Assembly: GCA_009914755.4 (NCBI GenBank)
Contig: CP068257.2
Span: 6,720,001 to 6,784,000 of the forward strand
Direction: 5' to 3'
DNA: 64,000 nucleotides
From: the human T2T-CHM13v2.0 reference genome, Homo sapiens
In this document: piece after piece, positions 28,001 through 44,000 of the stretch
How the letters are laid out: each line of letters begins with the position of its first letter
Numbering within the stretch: position 1 is the first letter of the stretch
Program-made: the position numbers and the translations under genes
The notes under the pieces: generated by a model
What the model was told of the DNA's origin: nothing
What the model saw: only the letters and a program-made list of their open reading frames with translations
The model's database searches: none

Positions 28001-31000
28001 AATGGAATGGAATGGAATCAACCAGAGTGGAATGGAATGGAATGGAATGTAACGGAAGGGAATGTAATGGAATCAAATGGAATGGAATGGAATGGAATCA
28101 ACCTGAGTCAAATGGAATGGAATGGAATGGACTGGAAACTACTGGAATGGAATGGAAACAACCCGAGTGGCATGGAATGAAATGGAATGGAATGGAATGG
28201 AACGGAATGGAATGGAATGGAATGGACTGGAAACTACTGGAATGGAATGGAAACAACCCGAGTGGCATGGAATGCAATGGAATGGAATGGAATGGAATGG
28301 AATGGAATGGAATGGAAGGTAAAGGAATGGAATGGAATCAACCAGCCTGGAATGAAATGGAATGGAAAGGAATGAATGGAATGGAATGGAATGGAATGGA
28401 ATGGAGTAAACCCGAGTGGAATGGAATGGAATGCAATGGAATGGAATGGAATGCAGTGGAATGGAATGGAATGAAATGGAATGGAATGGATTGGAATGGA
28501 ATTGAATGGAATCAACCGTAGTGGAATGGAATGTAATGGAATGGAGTGGAATGCAATGGAATGGAATGGAATGGAATGGAATTGAAGGGAATTGACCCGA
28601 ATGGAACGGATTGGAATGGAATGGAATGGAATGTAATCAAATGGAATGGAATGGAATGGTATGGGATGAACCCGAGTGGAATGGTATGGAATGGAATGGA
28701 ATGGAATAAAATGGAAAGGAATGGAATGGAATCAACCAGACTGAAATGCAATGGAATGGAATGGAAAGGAATCAAGCGGAGTGGAATAGAATGGAATGGA
28801 GTGGAATTGAATGGAATGGAATGGAATGGAATGAAATGGAAAGGAACGGAATGGAATCACCCCGAGTGGAATGGAAAAGAATGGAATGGAATGGAATCAA
28901 CCTGCGTGGAATGGAATGGAACGGAATGGAATGCGATGGAATGGAACGGAATGGAATGGAATGGAACGGAATCATCCCGAGTGGAATGGAATGGTATGGA
29001 CAGCAATGGAATGCAATGGAACAGAATGGAATGGAATGGAATGGAATAAACTGAATCCGAGTGAAATTGAATGGAATGGATTGGATTGGAATGGAATGGA
29101 AGGGATTGGAATGCAATGGAATGGATTCACCCAAGTGGAATGTAACAGTTAGGAATGGAGTGGAATGGAATGGATTGGAATGGAACCAACACGAATGGAA
29201 TGGAACGCAATGAAAACGAATGGTATGGAATGGAATTGAATGGAAAGGAATCAACCCGAATGGAATGGAATGGAATGGAATGGAATGGAATGGAATGGAA
29301 TCAACCAGAGAGCAATGCAATGGAATGGATTGCAACGGAATGGAATGGAATGTAACGGAACGGAACAAATGGAATGAACCCTAATGGAATGGAATGGAAT
29401 GGAATGGATTGGAATGGAATGGAATGGAATCAACCAGAGTGGAATGGAATGGAATGGAATGGAGTGGAATGGAATGGAATTGAATGGAATGGAATAGAAT
29501 GGAATCAACCCGAATGGAATGGAATGGAATGGAATGGAATGGAATGGAAAGGAATGGAATGCATTTGACTGGAATGGAATACAATGGAATCAAGTGGAAT
29601 GGAATGCAATGGAATGGAATGGAAAGGAACTGCATCAACCTGAGTGGAATGGAATGGAATGGAAAGGAATGGATTGGAATGGAATGGAATGGAATCAACC
29701 CGAGTGGAGTTGAATAAAATGGAATGGAATGGAATGGAATGGAATGGAATGGAATGGAATGGAATGGAATAAACGCGAGTGGAATTGAATGGAATGGAAT
29801 GGAAAGGAATGGAATAGAATGGAATGGAATGGAATGGAATGGAATGGAATGGAATGGAATCAACTGGAATGGAATAGAATCAACCCGAGTGGAGTGGAAT
29901 AAATGGAGTGGAATGGAATGGAATCAAGCCGAGTGGAACGGAATGGAATAGAATGGAATGGAATGGAATGGAATGGAATCAACCTGAGTGGAGTGGAATA
30001 AAATGGAATGGAATGGAATGGAATCAAGCCGAGTGGAATGGAATGGAATGGAATGGAGTGGAATGGAATGGAATCAACCCGAGTGGAATGGAATGGAATG
30101 GAATGGAATGGAATGGAATGGAATGGAACGGAATGGAATGCAATAGAATCAACTGGAATGGAATGGAATGGAATGGAATGGAATGGAATGGAATGGAATG
30201 GAATGGAAAGAATCAACCTGAGTCAAATGGAATGGAATGGAATGGAATGGAATGGAATGGAATGGAAACTACTGGAATGGAATGGAAACAAACCGAATGG
30301 AATGGAATGCATTGGAATGTAATGGAAAGGAATGGAATGGAATCAACCCTAGAGGAATGAATGGAATGAAATGGAAAGGAATGGAATGGAATGGAGCAGA
30401 ATTGAATGGTATGGATTCAACCCGAGAGGAATAGTATGGAATGGAATGGAATGGAACGGAATGGAATGGAATAAAATGTAATTGAATGGAATAGAATCAA
30501 CCCACAGGAAATGTAATATAATGGAATGGAATGGAATGGAATGAACCCGAGTGGAATGCAATGGAATGGAATGGAATGGAATGGAATGGAATAAACCATA
30601 GTGGAAAGAAATGGAATATAATGCAATAGAATTGAATGGAATCAACCCGAGTGGAATGGAACAGAATGGAATGAAAAGGAACAGAATGGAAGGCAATGGA
30701 ATGAACTGGAATGGAATGGAAAGCAATGGAATGGAATGGAATGGAATGGAGTCAATCCGGGTGGAATGGAATGGAATGGAATGGAATGGAATGGAATGGA
30801 AAGGAATACATTGGAATGGAATTGAATGGAGTGGAATGGAATGGTATAGCATGGAATGGAATATACCCGAATGGAATGGAACAGAATGGAATGGAAAGGA
30901 ATGGAAAGGAATGGAATGGAATGGAGTGGAATGGAATGGAACGCTACGGAGTCAAACCGGGTCTAATGGAAATAAATGGAATGGAATGGAATGGAATCAA

Positions 31001-34000
31001 CCCGAATGGAATGGAATGGAATGGAATGGAAAGGAAAGAATGGAATGGAAGGTCATGGAATCAACCCGAGTGGAATGGAATGGAATGGAATGGAATGGAA
31101 TGGAATGGAATGGAATGGAATGCAAAGGAATGGAATGGAATGGAATGGAATGCAAAGGAATGGAATGGAATGGAACGGAAAGAAACGGAATGGAATGTCA
31201 CGGAATGGAATGAACCCGAATGGAATGGAATGGAATGGATTGGAATGGAATGGAATGGAATCAACTCGAGTGGAATGGAATATAATGGAATGGAGTGGAA
31301 TGGAATGGAATGGAATGGAATGGAGTGGAATGGAATGTAATGTAATGGAATGGAATGGAATCATCACGAATGGAATGGAATGGAATGGAATGGAATGGAA
31401 CGGAACGAAACGGAATGGAATGGAATGGAATGGAATGAACCCGAATGGAATGGAATGGAATGGATTGGAAAGGAATGGAATGGAATCAACTCGAGTGGAA
31501 TGGAATGTAATGGAATGGAGTGGAATGGAATGTAATGGAATGTAATGTAATGGAATGGAATGGAATGTAATGGAAGGGAATCATCCGGAATGGAATGGAA
31601 TGGAATGGAATGGAATGGAATGGAATGGAATCAACGCGAAAGGAATGTAATGGAATGGAATGGAATGGAATGGTACGGAATGACCTGAGCAGAATGATAT
31701 AGAATGCAATGGAATGGAACGGAATGGAATGGAATAAAATGGAAAGGAATGGAATGGAATCAACCCGAGTGAAATGGAATGGAATGGAATGGAAAGGAAC
31801 TGAATCAACCTGAGGGGAATGGAATGGAATGGAATGGAATGGAATGGAATGGAATGGAATGGAATGGAATGGAATGGAATCAACTAGAATGGAGTGGAAT
31901 AAAATGGAATGGAATGGAATGGAATCAACCCGATTAGAACGGAATGGAATGGAATGGAATGGAATGGAATGGAATGGAATGGAATGGAATGGAATGGAAT
32001 CAACCCGAGTGGAATGGAATGGAAAGGAATGGAACTGAACTGAATGGAATGCAATGGAATCAAATGGAATGGAATGGAAAGGAATGGAAAGGAATCAACC
32101 CGAGTGGAGTGTAATAAAATGGAATGGAATAGAATGGAATGGAATCAAGCCGAGTGGAATGGAATGGAATGGAATGGAATGGAATGGAATGGAATGGAAT
32201 CAACCCGAGTTGAATGGAATGGAATGCAATGGAATCAACTGGAATGGAATGGCATGGATTGGAATGGAACGGAATCAACATGAATCAAATGGAATGGAAT
32301 GGAATGGAATACAATGGAATGGAATGGAATGGAATGGAACGGACGGAATGGAATGGAATGGAATGGAATGGAATGAAGCCGAATGGAATGGAACAGAATA
32401 GATTGGAATGGAATGGAATGGAATCAACCGGAGTGGAATGGAATGTTATAAAACCGAATGGAATGGAATGGAATGGAATGCAATGGAATGGAATGGAATA
32501 GCATGCAATCAACTTTGGTGGAATGGTATGGAATGGTAAGGAATGGAATGGAATGGAATGGAATGGAATAAAAGGGCATGGAATGGAATGGAATCAACCC
32601 GAGAGGAATGGAATGGAATGGAATGGAATGGAATGGAATGGAATGGAATGGAATGGAAATGAATCAAACCGAGTGGAATGGAATGGAATGGAATGGAATG
32701 AAATGGAAACAATGCAATGCAATGGTATCAACGGGAATGGAATGCATTGGAATGGAATGGAATGGAATCACCCTGAGTGGATAGGAATGGAATGGAAGGG
32801 AATGGAAAGGAATGGAATGGAATGGAAACTAATGGAATGGAATGGAAACAACCCGAGTGGAATGGAATGGAATGGAATGGAATGGAATGGAATGGAATGG
32901 AATACAACAAAATTGAAACAACACGAGTAGAATGGCATGGAATGGAAAGGACTTGAATATAATGGAATGGAGTGGAATGGAATAAACACCAGTGGAATGG
33001 AATGGAATGGAATGGAATTGAATGGAATGGAATGGAAAGGAAAGGAATGGAATCAACCCGAGTGGAGTTGCATGGAATGCAATGGAATCCACCCGAGTGG
33101 AATGGAATGGAATGGAATGCAATGCAATTGAACCGAATATAATGCATTGAATGGAATCATCCCGAGTGGAATGGAATGGTATCTAATGCAATGGAATGGA
33201 ATGGAACAGAACGGAATGGAATGGAAAGAATAGATTGAATCCAAGTGGAATTGAATGGAATGGAATGGATTGGAAAGGAATGGAATGGATTGGAATGGAT
33301 TGGAATGGAAAGGAATGGATTCGACCCGAGTGGAATGTAATGGATTGGAATGGAATGGAATGGAATGGAGTGGAATGGAATGGAATGGAATGGAATCAAC
33401 ACGAATGTAGTGGAACGGTATGGAATGGAATGGAATGGAATGGAATGGAATGGAATGGAATGGAATGAAACGGAAAGGAACAGAATAGAATCAACCCAAG
33501 TGGAATGGAATGGAATGGAATGGAATGGAATGGAATGAAATGGAATGGAAGGGAATCAACACGAGTGGAATGGAATGGAAAGGAATGCAATGAAATGGAA
33601 TGGAATGGAATGGAATGGAATGGAATGGAATGGAGTCAACCCGAGAGGAGTAGAATGGAATGGAATGGAATCAACCCCAGTGGAATGGAATGGAATCGAA
33701 TGCAATAGAATGGAATGGAATGGAATGGAATGGAATGGAATGGAATGGAATGGAATGGAATTCAATGGAATCAACCCGAGTAGAATGGAATGGTATGGAA
33801 TGCAATGGAATGGAGTGGAACAGAATGGAATGGAATGGAATGGAATTGATTGAATCCGAGTGGAATTGAATGGAAGGGAATGCATTGGAAAGGAATGGAA
33901 AGGATTCAACGCGAGTGGAATGTAGTGGATTGGAATGGAGTGGAATGGAATGGAATGGAATGGAATGGAACGGAATCAACACAAATGGAACGGAATGGAA

Positions 34001-37000
34001 TGGAATGGAATGGAATGGAATAGAATGGAAAGGAATGCAATGCAATGGAATGGAATGGAATGGAATGAAATGGAATAAACCCGAATGGAATGGAATGGAA
34101 TGGAATGGAATGGAATGGAATGGAATGGAATGAATTGGAATAAACCCGAATGTAATGGAATGGAATGGAATGGAATGGAATAGAATGGAATGGAATGGAA
34201 TGGAATAAACACCAGTGGAATGAAATGGAATGGAATGGAATGGAATGGAATGGAATGGAATGGAATGGAAAGTAATGAAATCAACCCGAGTAGAATGGAA
34301 CAGAATGGAATGGAATGGAATGGAATGGAAAGGAATGGAATCAACTGGAATGGAATGAAATGGAATGCAATGGAGTGGAATGGAATGGAATGCAATGGAA
34401 TCAACAAGATTGAAATGCAATGGAATGGAATGGAATAGAATGGATAGGAATGGAATGGAATGGAATGGAATCAACCCGAGTGGAGTAAAATAAAATGAAA
34501 TGAAATGGAATGGAATGAACCTGAGTGGAACGGAATGGAATGGAATGGAATGGTATCAACCACAGTGGAATGGAATGGAATTGAATGGAATAGAACAGAA
34601 AGGAATGCAATGGCATCAACTGGAATGGAATGGAATGGAATGGAATGGAACGGAATCAACCTTAGTCAAATAGAATGGATTGGAATGGAATGGAATGGAA
34701 TGGAATGGAATGGAATGGAATGGATTGGAAACTACTTGAATGAAATGGAAACAACCCGAGTAGAATGGAATGCAATGGAATGGAATGGAATGGAATGGAA
34801 TGGAACGGAATGGAATGGAACGGAATGGAATGGAATGGTGTGTAAATGAATGGAATGGAATCAACTCGACTGGAATGGAATGGAATGGAAAGCAATGAAT
34901 GGAATGGAATGGAATAGAATGGAATTGTGTGGAATGCAATGGTATGGAATAGAATGGAATGGAACGGAACGGAACGGAATGGAATGGAATTGACCCGAAT
35001 GGAATGGAATGGAATGGAATGGATTGGAATGGAATGGAACGGAATTAACCCGAGTGGAATGGAATGTAATGGAATGGAGTGGAATGTAATGGAAAGGAGT
35101 GTAATGTAATGTAATGGAATGGAGTGGAATGTAGTGGAATGGAGTGGAATAGAATAGAATGGAATCAACAGGAATGGAATGGAACGGAATGGAATGGAAT
35201 GGAATGGAATGGTATGGAATGAAATGGAAAGGAACGGAATAGAATCAACCCAAGTGGAATGGAATGGAATGGAATGGAAGGGAATCAACACGAGTGGAAT
35301 GGAATGGAAAGGAATGCAATGCAATGTAATCAACACGAGTGGAGTAGAATGGAATGGAATGGAATCAACCCCATTGCAATGGAATGGAATGGAATGCCTT
35401 AGAATGGAATGGAATGGAATGGAATGGAATGGAATTCAATGGAATCAACCCGAGTGGAATGGAATGGTATGGAATGCAATGGAATGGAGTGGAACAGAAC
35501 GGAATGGAATGGAATGGAATGGAATTGATTGAATCCGAGTGGAATTGAATGGAAGGGAATGCATTGGAAAGGAATGGAAAGGATTCACCCCGAGTGGAAT
35601 GTAATGGATTGGTATGGAGTGGGATGGAATGGAATGGAATGGAATGGAATCGAATCAACACAAATGGAATGGAATGGAATGGAATGGAATAGAATGGAAA
35701 GGAATGGAATGCAATGGAATGGAATGGAATGGAATGGAATGGAATAAACCCGAATGGAATGGAATGGAATGGAATGGAATGGAATGGAATGGAGTGGAAT
35801 GGAATACACACCAGTGGAATGAAATGGAATGGAATGGAGTGGAATGGGATGGAATGGAAAAGAATGAAATCAACCCGAGTAGAATGGAACAGAATGTTAT
35901 GGAATGGAATGGAATGGAAAGGAATGGAATCAACTGGAATGGAATGAAATGGAATGGAATGGAGTGGAATGAAATAGAATGCAATGGAATCAACAAGAGT
36001 GAAATGCAATGGAATGGAATGGAATGGAATGGAATGGAATGGAATGGAATGGAATCAACCCGAGTGGAGTGAAATAAAATGGAATGGAATGGAACGGAAT
36101 CAACCTGAGTGGAACGGAATGGAATGGAATGGAATGGAATGATATCAACCAGAGTGGAATGGAATGGAATTGAATGGAATGGAATGGAAGGGAATGCAAT
36201 AGAATCAACTGAATTGGAATGGAATGGAATGGAAAGGAATGGAATGGAATGGAAAGGAATCAACCTGAGTCAAATAGAATGGAATGGAATGGAATGGAAT
36301 GGAATGGAATGGAATGGAATGGAAAGGAAACTACTGGAATGGAATGGAAACAACCCGAGTGGAATGGAATGCAGTGGAATGGAATGGAATGGAATGGAAT
36401 GGAATGGAATACAACAAAATGGAAACAACCCGAGTGGAATGGCATGCAATGGAAAGGACTTGAATATAATGGAATGGATTGGAATCAACCCGATTAGAAA
36501 CTAATGGAATTGAATGGAATGAAATGGAATAGAATGGAATGGAATGGAATGGAATGGAATCTACCCGAGTGGAATGGAATTGAATGGAATTTAATGGAAT
36601 GGAATGGAATAGAATGGTATGGAATCAACCCGAGTGGAATGGTATAGAATGGAACGTAATGGAACGGAATGGAATGGAATAAAACAGAATGGAATGGAAT
36701 GGAAACAACCCGAGTGGGATGGAATGGAATGGAATGGAGTGGAATGGAATGGAATAGAATGGAATGGAATGAAATGGAATAGAATGAAATGGAAAGGAAT
36801 GGAATGGAAATAACCCGAGTGGAATGGAATGGAATGGAATGGAATGGAATGGAATGGAATCAACCCGAGTTAAATGGAATGGAATGGAATGGAACGGAAT
36901 ATAATGGAATGGAACGGAATCATCCCGACAGGAATGGAATGGTATGGAATGCAATGGAATGGAGTGGAACAGAACGGAATGGAATGGAATGGAATTGATT

Positions 37001-37080
37001 GAAACCGAGTGGAATTGAATGGAAGGGAATGCATTGGAAAGGAATGGAAAGGATTCAACCCGAGTGGAATGTAATGGATT

Positions 37081-37580
37081 GGAATGGAGTGGAATGGAAT
37101 GGAGTGGAATGTAATGGAATGGAATGGAATCAACACAAATGGAATGGAATGGAATGGAATGGAATGGAATAGAATGGAAAGGAATGGAATGAAAAGGAAT
37201 GGAATGGAATGGAATGAAATGGAATAAACCCGAATGGAATGGAATGGAATGGAATGGAATGGAATGGAATGGAATGAATTGGAATAAACCCGAATGGAAT
37301 GGAATGGAATGGAATGGAATGAAATGGAATGGAATGGAGTGGAATGGAATGGAGTGGAATGTAATGGAATGGAATGGAATCAACACAAATGGAATGGAAT
37401 GGAATGGAATGGAATGGAATAGAATGGAAAGGAATGGAATGAAAAGGAATGGAATGGAATGGAATGAAATGGAATAAACCCGAATGGAATGGAATGGAAT
37501 GGAATGGAATGGAATGGAATGGAATGAATTGGAATAAACCCGAATGGAATGGAATGGAATGGAATGGAATGAAATGGAAT
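37081..37580. repeat. Local 250-bp x2 tandem duplication.
   Basis: ORFs at 37199-37477 and 37449-37727 share the same first ~55 aa (MEWNGMKWNKPEWNGMEWNGMEWNGMNWNKPEWNGMEWNGMKWNGMEWNG...). The sequence ggaatggagtggaatggaatggagtggaatgtaatggaatggaatggaatcaacacaaatgg is read starting at 37081 and again at 37331. Confidence 0.85.
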
Positions 37581-40500
37581 GGAATGGAGTGGAATGGAAT
37601 AAACACCAGTTTAATGAAATGGAATGGAATGGAATGGAAAGTAATGAAATCAAACCGAGTAGAATGGAACACAATGGAATGGATTGGAATGGAATGGAAA
37701 AGAATGGAATCAACTGGAATAGAATGAAATGGAATGGAATGGAGTGGAATGTAATGGAATGCAATGGAATCAACAAGAGTGAAATGCAATGGAATGGAAT
37801 GGAATAGAATGGAATCAACACGAGTGGAGTGAAATAAAATGGAATGGAATGGAATACAATCAACCTGAGTGGAACGGAATGGAATGGAATGGAATTGAAT
37901 GGAATGGAACGGAATGGAATGCAATGGAATGAACTGGAATGGAATGGAATGGAATGGAATGGAACGGAATCAACCTGAGTCAAAAAAATGGAATGGAATG
38001 GAATGGAATGGAATGGATTGGAAACTACTGGAATGGAATGGAAACAACCCGAGTGGAATGGAATGCAATGGAATGGAATGGAGGGGAATGGAATGGAATG
38101 GAATGGAATGGAATCAACACGAGTGGACTGCAACGGAAAGAAATGGAATGGAATGCAATGGAATGGAATGGAACGGAACGGAACGGAACGGAATTGAATG
38201 GAATGGAATCAACCAAAGTGGAAAGGAATGGAATGGAATGGAATGGAATGGAATGGAATGGAATGGAATGCAATGGAATGGAATGGAATGGAATAGCATG
38301 CAATCAACTTTGGTGGAATGGTATGGAATGGTAAGGAATGGAATGGAATGGAATGGAATGGTATGGAAGGGAATGGAATAAAAGGGCATGGAATGGAATG
38401 GAATCAACCCGAGAGGAATGGAATGGAATGGAATGGAATGGAATGGAATGGAATGGAATGGAAATGAATCAAACCGAGTGGAATGGAATGGAATGGAATG
38501 GAATGGAATGGAATGGAATGGAATGGAAACAATGCAATGCAATGGTATCAACGGGAATGGAATGCATTGGAATGGAATGGAATGGAATCACCCTGAGTGG
38601 ATAGGAATGGAATGGAAGGGAATGGAAAGTAATGGAATGGAATGGAAACTAATGGAATGGAATGGAAACAACCCGAGTGGAATGTAATGTAATGGAATGG
38701 AATGGAATGGAATGGAATGGAATGGAATACAACAAAATGGAAACAACACGAGTAGAATGGCATGGAATGGAAAGGACTTGAATATAAAGGAATGGAGTGG
38801 AATGGAATAAACACCAGTGGAATGAAATGGAATGGAATGGAATTGAATGGAATGGAATGGAAAGGAAAGGAATGGAATCAACCCGAGTGGAATGGAATGG
38901 AATGGAATGCAATGCAATTGAACGGAATATAATGCATTGAATGGAATCATCCCGAGTGGAATGGAATGGTATCTAATGCAATGGAATGGAATGGAACAGA
39001 ACGGAATGGAATGGAAATAATAGATTGAATCCAAGTAGAATTGAATGGAATGGAATGGATTGGAAAGGAATGGAATGGATTGGAATGGAAAGGAATGGAT
39101 TCGACCTGAGTGGAATGTAATGGATTGGAATGGAATGGAATGGAATGGAGTGGATTGGAATGGAATGGAATGGAATCAACACGAATGTAGTGGAACGGTA
39201 TGGAATGGAATGGAATGGAATGGAATGTAATGAAACGGAAAGGAACAGAATAGAATCAACCCAAGTGGAATGGAATGGAATGGAATGGAATGGAATGGAA
39301 TGAAATGGAATGGAAGGGAATCAACACGAGTGGAATGGAATGGAAAGGAATGCAATGAAATGGAATGGAATGGAATGGAAAGGAATGGAATGGAGTCAAC
39401 CCGAGAGGAGTAGAATGGAATGGAATGGAATCAACCCCAGTGGAATGGAATGGAACGGAATGCAATAGAATGGAATGGAATTGAATGGAATGGAATTCAA
39501 TGGAATGAACCCGAGTGGAATGGCATGGTATGGAATGCAATGGAATGGAGTGGAACAGAACGGAATGGAATGGAATGGAACTGATTGAATCCGAGTGGAA
39601 TTGAATGGAAGGGAATGCATTGGAAAGGAATGGAAAGGATTCAACCCGAGTGGAATGTAATGGATTTTAATGGAGTGGAATGGAATGGAATGGAATGGAA
39701 TCAAAACAAATGGAAAGGAATGGAATGGAATGGAATAGAATGGAAAGGAATGGAATGTAACGGAATGGAATGGAATGGAATGAAATGGAATAAACACGAA
39801 TGGAATGGAATGGAATGGAATGGAATGGAATGGAATGGAATGGAATGGATTGGAATGGAATGGAATGAATTGTAATAAACCCGAATGGAATGGAATGGAA
39901 TGGAATGGAATAGAATGGAGTGGAATGGAATAAACACCAGTGGAATGCAATGGAATCGAATGGAATGGATTGGAATGGAATTGAATGGAATGGAATGGAA
40001 TGGAATTAACCCGAGTGGAGTAGAATGGAATGGAATGGAATCAACCCCAGTGGAATGGAATGGAATGGAATGCAAGAGAATGGAATGGAATGGAATGGAA
40101 TGGAATGGAATGGAATTCAATGGAATCAACCCGAGTGGAATGGAATGTTATGGAATGCAATGGAATGCAGTGGAACAGAACGGAATTTAATGGAATGGAA
40201 TTGATTGAATCCGAGTGGAATTGAATGGAAGGGAATGCATTGCAAAGGAATGGAAAGGATTCAACCCGAGTGGAATGTAATGGATTGGAATGGAGTGGAA
40301 TGGAATGGAATGCAATGGAATGGAATCAACACAAATGGAATGGAATGGAATGGAATGGAATAGAATGGAAAGGAATGGAATGCAATCGAATGGAATGGAA
40401 TGGAATGAAATGGAATAAACCCGAATGGAAAGGAATGGAATGGAAAGGAATGGAATGCAATGGAATGGAATGGAATGGAATGAAATGGAATAAACCCGAA

Positions 40501-41044
40501 TGGAATGGAATGGAATGGAATGGAATGGAATGGAATGGAATTTACCCGAGTGGAATGGAATATAATGAAATTAAATGGAATGGAATGGAATGGAATGGAA
40601 TGGAATGGAATCTACCCGAGTGGAATGGAATGGAATGGAATTTAATGGAATGGAATGGAAAAGAATGGTATGGAATCAACCCGAGAGGAATGGGATAGAA
40701 TGGAACGTAATGGAACGGAATGGAATGGAATAAAATGGAATGGAATGGAATGGAAACAACCCGAGTGGAATGGAATGGAATAAAATGGAATGGAATGGAA
40801 TGGAAAGGACTACAACAAAATGGAAACAACCCGAGTGGAATGGCATGGAATGGAAAGGACTTCAATAAAATGGAATGGATTGGAATCAACCCGATTAGAA
40901 ACTAATGGAATGGAATGAAATGGAGTGGAAAGGAATGGAATGGAATGGAATGGAATGGAATGGAATGGAATGGAATTTACCCGAGTGGAATGGAATGTAA
41001 TGAAATTAAATGGAATGGAATGGAATTGAATGGAATGGAATGGA

Positions 41045-44000
41045 ATGGAATCAACCTGAGTGGAACGGAATGGAATGGAATGGAATGGAATGGAATGGAA
41101 TGGAATGGAATGGAATGGAATGGTATCAACCAGAGTGGAATGGAATGGAATTGAATGGAATGGAATGGAATAGAATGCAATGGAATCAACTGGAATGGAA
41201 TGGAATTGAATGAAATGGAATGGAATCAACCTCAGTCAAATAGAATGGAATGGAATGGAATGGAATGGAATGGAATGGAATGGAATGGAATGGAAGGGAA
41301 AGGAACGGAATGGAATCAACCCGAGTGGAATGGAATGGAATGGAATGGAATCCACCCGAGTGGAATGGAATGGAATGGAATGCAATGGAATTGAACGGAA
41401 TATAATGGAATTAAATGGAATCATCCTGTGTGGAACAGAATGGTATCTAATGCAATGGAATGGAATGGAACAAAACGGAATGGAATGGAAGAATAGATTG
41501 AATCCAAGTGGAATTGAATGGAATGGAATGGATTGGAAAGGAATGGAATGGATTGCAATGGATTGGAATGGAAAGGAATGGATTCAACCCGAGTGGAATG
41601 TAATGGATTGGAATGGAATGGAATGGAATGGAATGGAATGGAATGGAATGGAATGGAATGGAATGGAATCAACACGAATGGAATGGAACGGAATGGAATG
41701 GAATGGAATGGAATGGTATGGAATGAAATGGAAAGGAACGGAACAGAATCAACCCAAGTGGAATGGAATGGAAAGGAATGCAATTGAATGGAATGGAATG
41801 GAATGGAATGGAATGGAATGGAATGGAATCAACCCGAGTGGAGTAGAATGGAATGGAATCGAATGAACCGCAGTGGAATGGAATGGAATGGAATGCAATA
41901 GAGTGGAATGGAATGGAATGGAATGGAATTCAATGGAATCAACCCGAGTGGAATGGAATGGTATGGAATGCAATGGAATGGAATGGAACAGAACGGATTG
42001 GAATGGAATGGAAATGATTGAATCTGAGTGGAATTGAATGGAAGGGAAAGCATTGGAAAGGAATGGAAAGGATTCAACCCGAGTGGAATGTAATGGATTG
42101 GAATGGAGTGGAATGTAATGGAATGGATTGGAATGGAATGGAATCAACACAAATGGAAAGGAATGGAAAGGAATGGAATGCAATGGAATGGAATGGAATG
42201 GAATGAAATGGAATAAACCCGAATGGAATGGAATGGAATGGAATGGAATGAATTCGAATAAACCCGAATGGAATGGAATGGAATGGAATGGAATGGAATG
42301 GAATGGAATGGAATGGAGTGGAATGGAATAAACACCAGTGGAATGAAATGGAATGGAATGGAATGGTATGGAATGGAATGGAATGGAAAGGAATGAAATC
42401 AACCCCAGTATAATGGAACAGAATGGAAATGAATGCAATGGAATGGAAAGGAATGGAATCAACTGGAATGGAATGAAATGGAATGGAATGGAGTGGAATG
42501 GAATGGAATGCATTGGAATCAACAACAGTGAAATGCAATGGAATGGAATGGAATGGAATGGAATGGAATGGAATAGAATGGAATCAACCCGAGTGGAGTG
42601 AAATCAAATGGAATGGAATGGAATGGAATCAACCTGAGTGGAACGGAATGGAATGGAATGGAATGGTATCAACCAGAGTGGAATGGAATGGAATTGAATG
42701 GAATGGAATGGAATGGAATGCAATGGAATCAACTGGAATGGAATGGAATGGAATGGAATGGAACGGAATGGAATGGAAACTACTGGAATGGAATGGAAAC
42801 AACCCGAGTGGAATGGAATGCAATGAATGGAATGGAGTGGAATGGAATGGAATGGAATGGAATCAACACGAGTGTACTGCAACGGAATGAAATGGAATGG
42901 AATGGAATGGAATGGAATGGAACGGAATGGAACAGAACGGAATTGAATGGAATGGAATCAACCCAAGTGGAAAGGAATGGAATGGAATGGAATGGAAGGT
43001 TTGGAATGGAATGGAATGGAATAGCATGCAATCAACTTTGGTGGAATGGTATGGAATGGTATGGTATGGAATGGAATGGAATGGAATGGTATGGAATGGA
43101 ATGGAATAAAAGGGCATGGAATGGAATGGAATCAACCCGAGAGGAATGGAATGGAATGGAATGGAATGGAATGGAATGGAATGGAAATGAATCAAACCGA
43201 GTGGAATGGAATAGAATGGAATGGAATGGAATGGAAACAATGCAATGCAATTGTATCAACGGGAATGGAATGCATTGGAATGGAATGGAATGGAATCACC
43301 CTGAGTGGATAGGAATGGAATGGAAGGGAATGGAAAGGAATGGAATGGAATGGAAACTAATGGAATGGAATGGAAACAACCCGAGTGGAATGGAATGGAC
43401 TGGAGTGGAATGGAATGGAATCAACACGAATGGGATGGAACGGAATGGAATGGAATGGAAAGGAACGGAATGGAATCAATCCGAGTGGAATGGAATGGAA
43501 TGGAATGGAATCCACCCGAGTGGAATGGAATCGAATGGAATGCAATGGAATTGAACGGAATATAAAGGAATTAAAAGGAATCATCCCGAGTGGAATGGAA
43601 TGGAATCTAATGCAATGGTATCTAATGCAATGGAATGGAATGAAACAGAACGGAAAGGAATGGAAAGAATAGATTGAATCCAAGTGGAATTGAATGGAAT
43701 GGAATGGATTGGAAAGGAATGGAATGGATTGGAATGGATTGGAATGGAAAGGAATGTATTCAACCAGAGTGGAATGTAATGGATTGGAATGGAATGGAAT
43801 GGAATGGAATGGAATGAAATGGAATGGAATGGAATGCAATGGAATCAACACGAATGGAATGGAACGGAATGGAATGGAATGGAATGGAATGGTATGGAAT
43901 GAAATGGAAAGGAACGGAATAGAATCAACCAAAGTGGAATGGAATGGAATGGAATGGAAGGGAATCAAAACGAGTGGAATGGAATGGAAAGGAATGCAAT

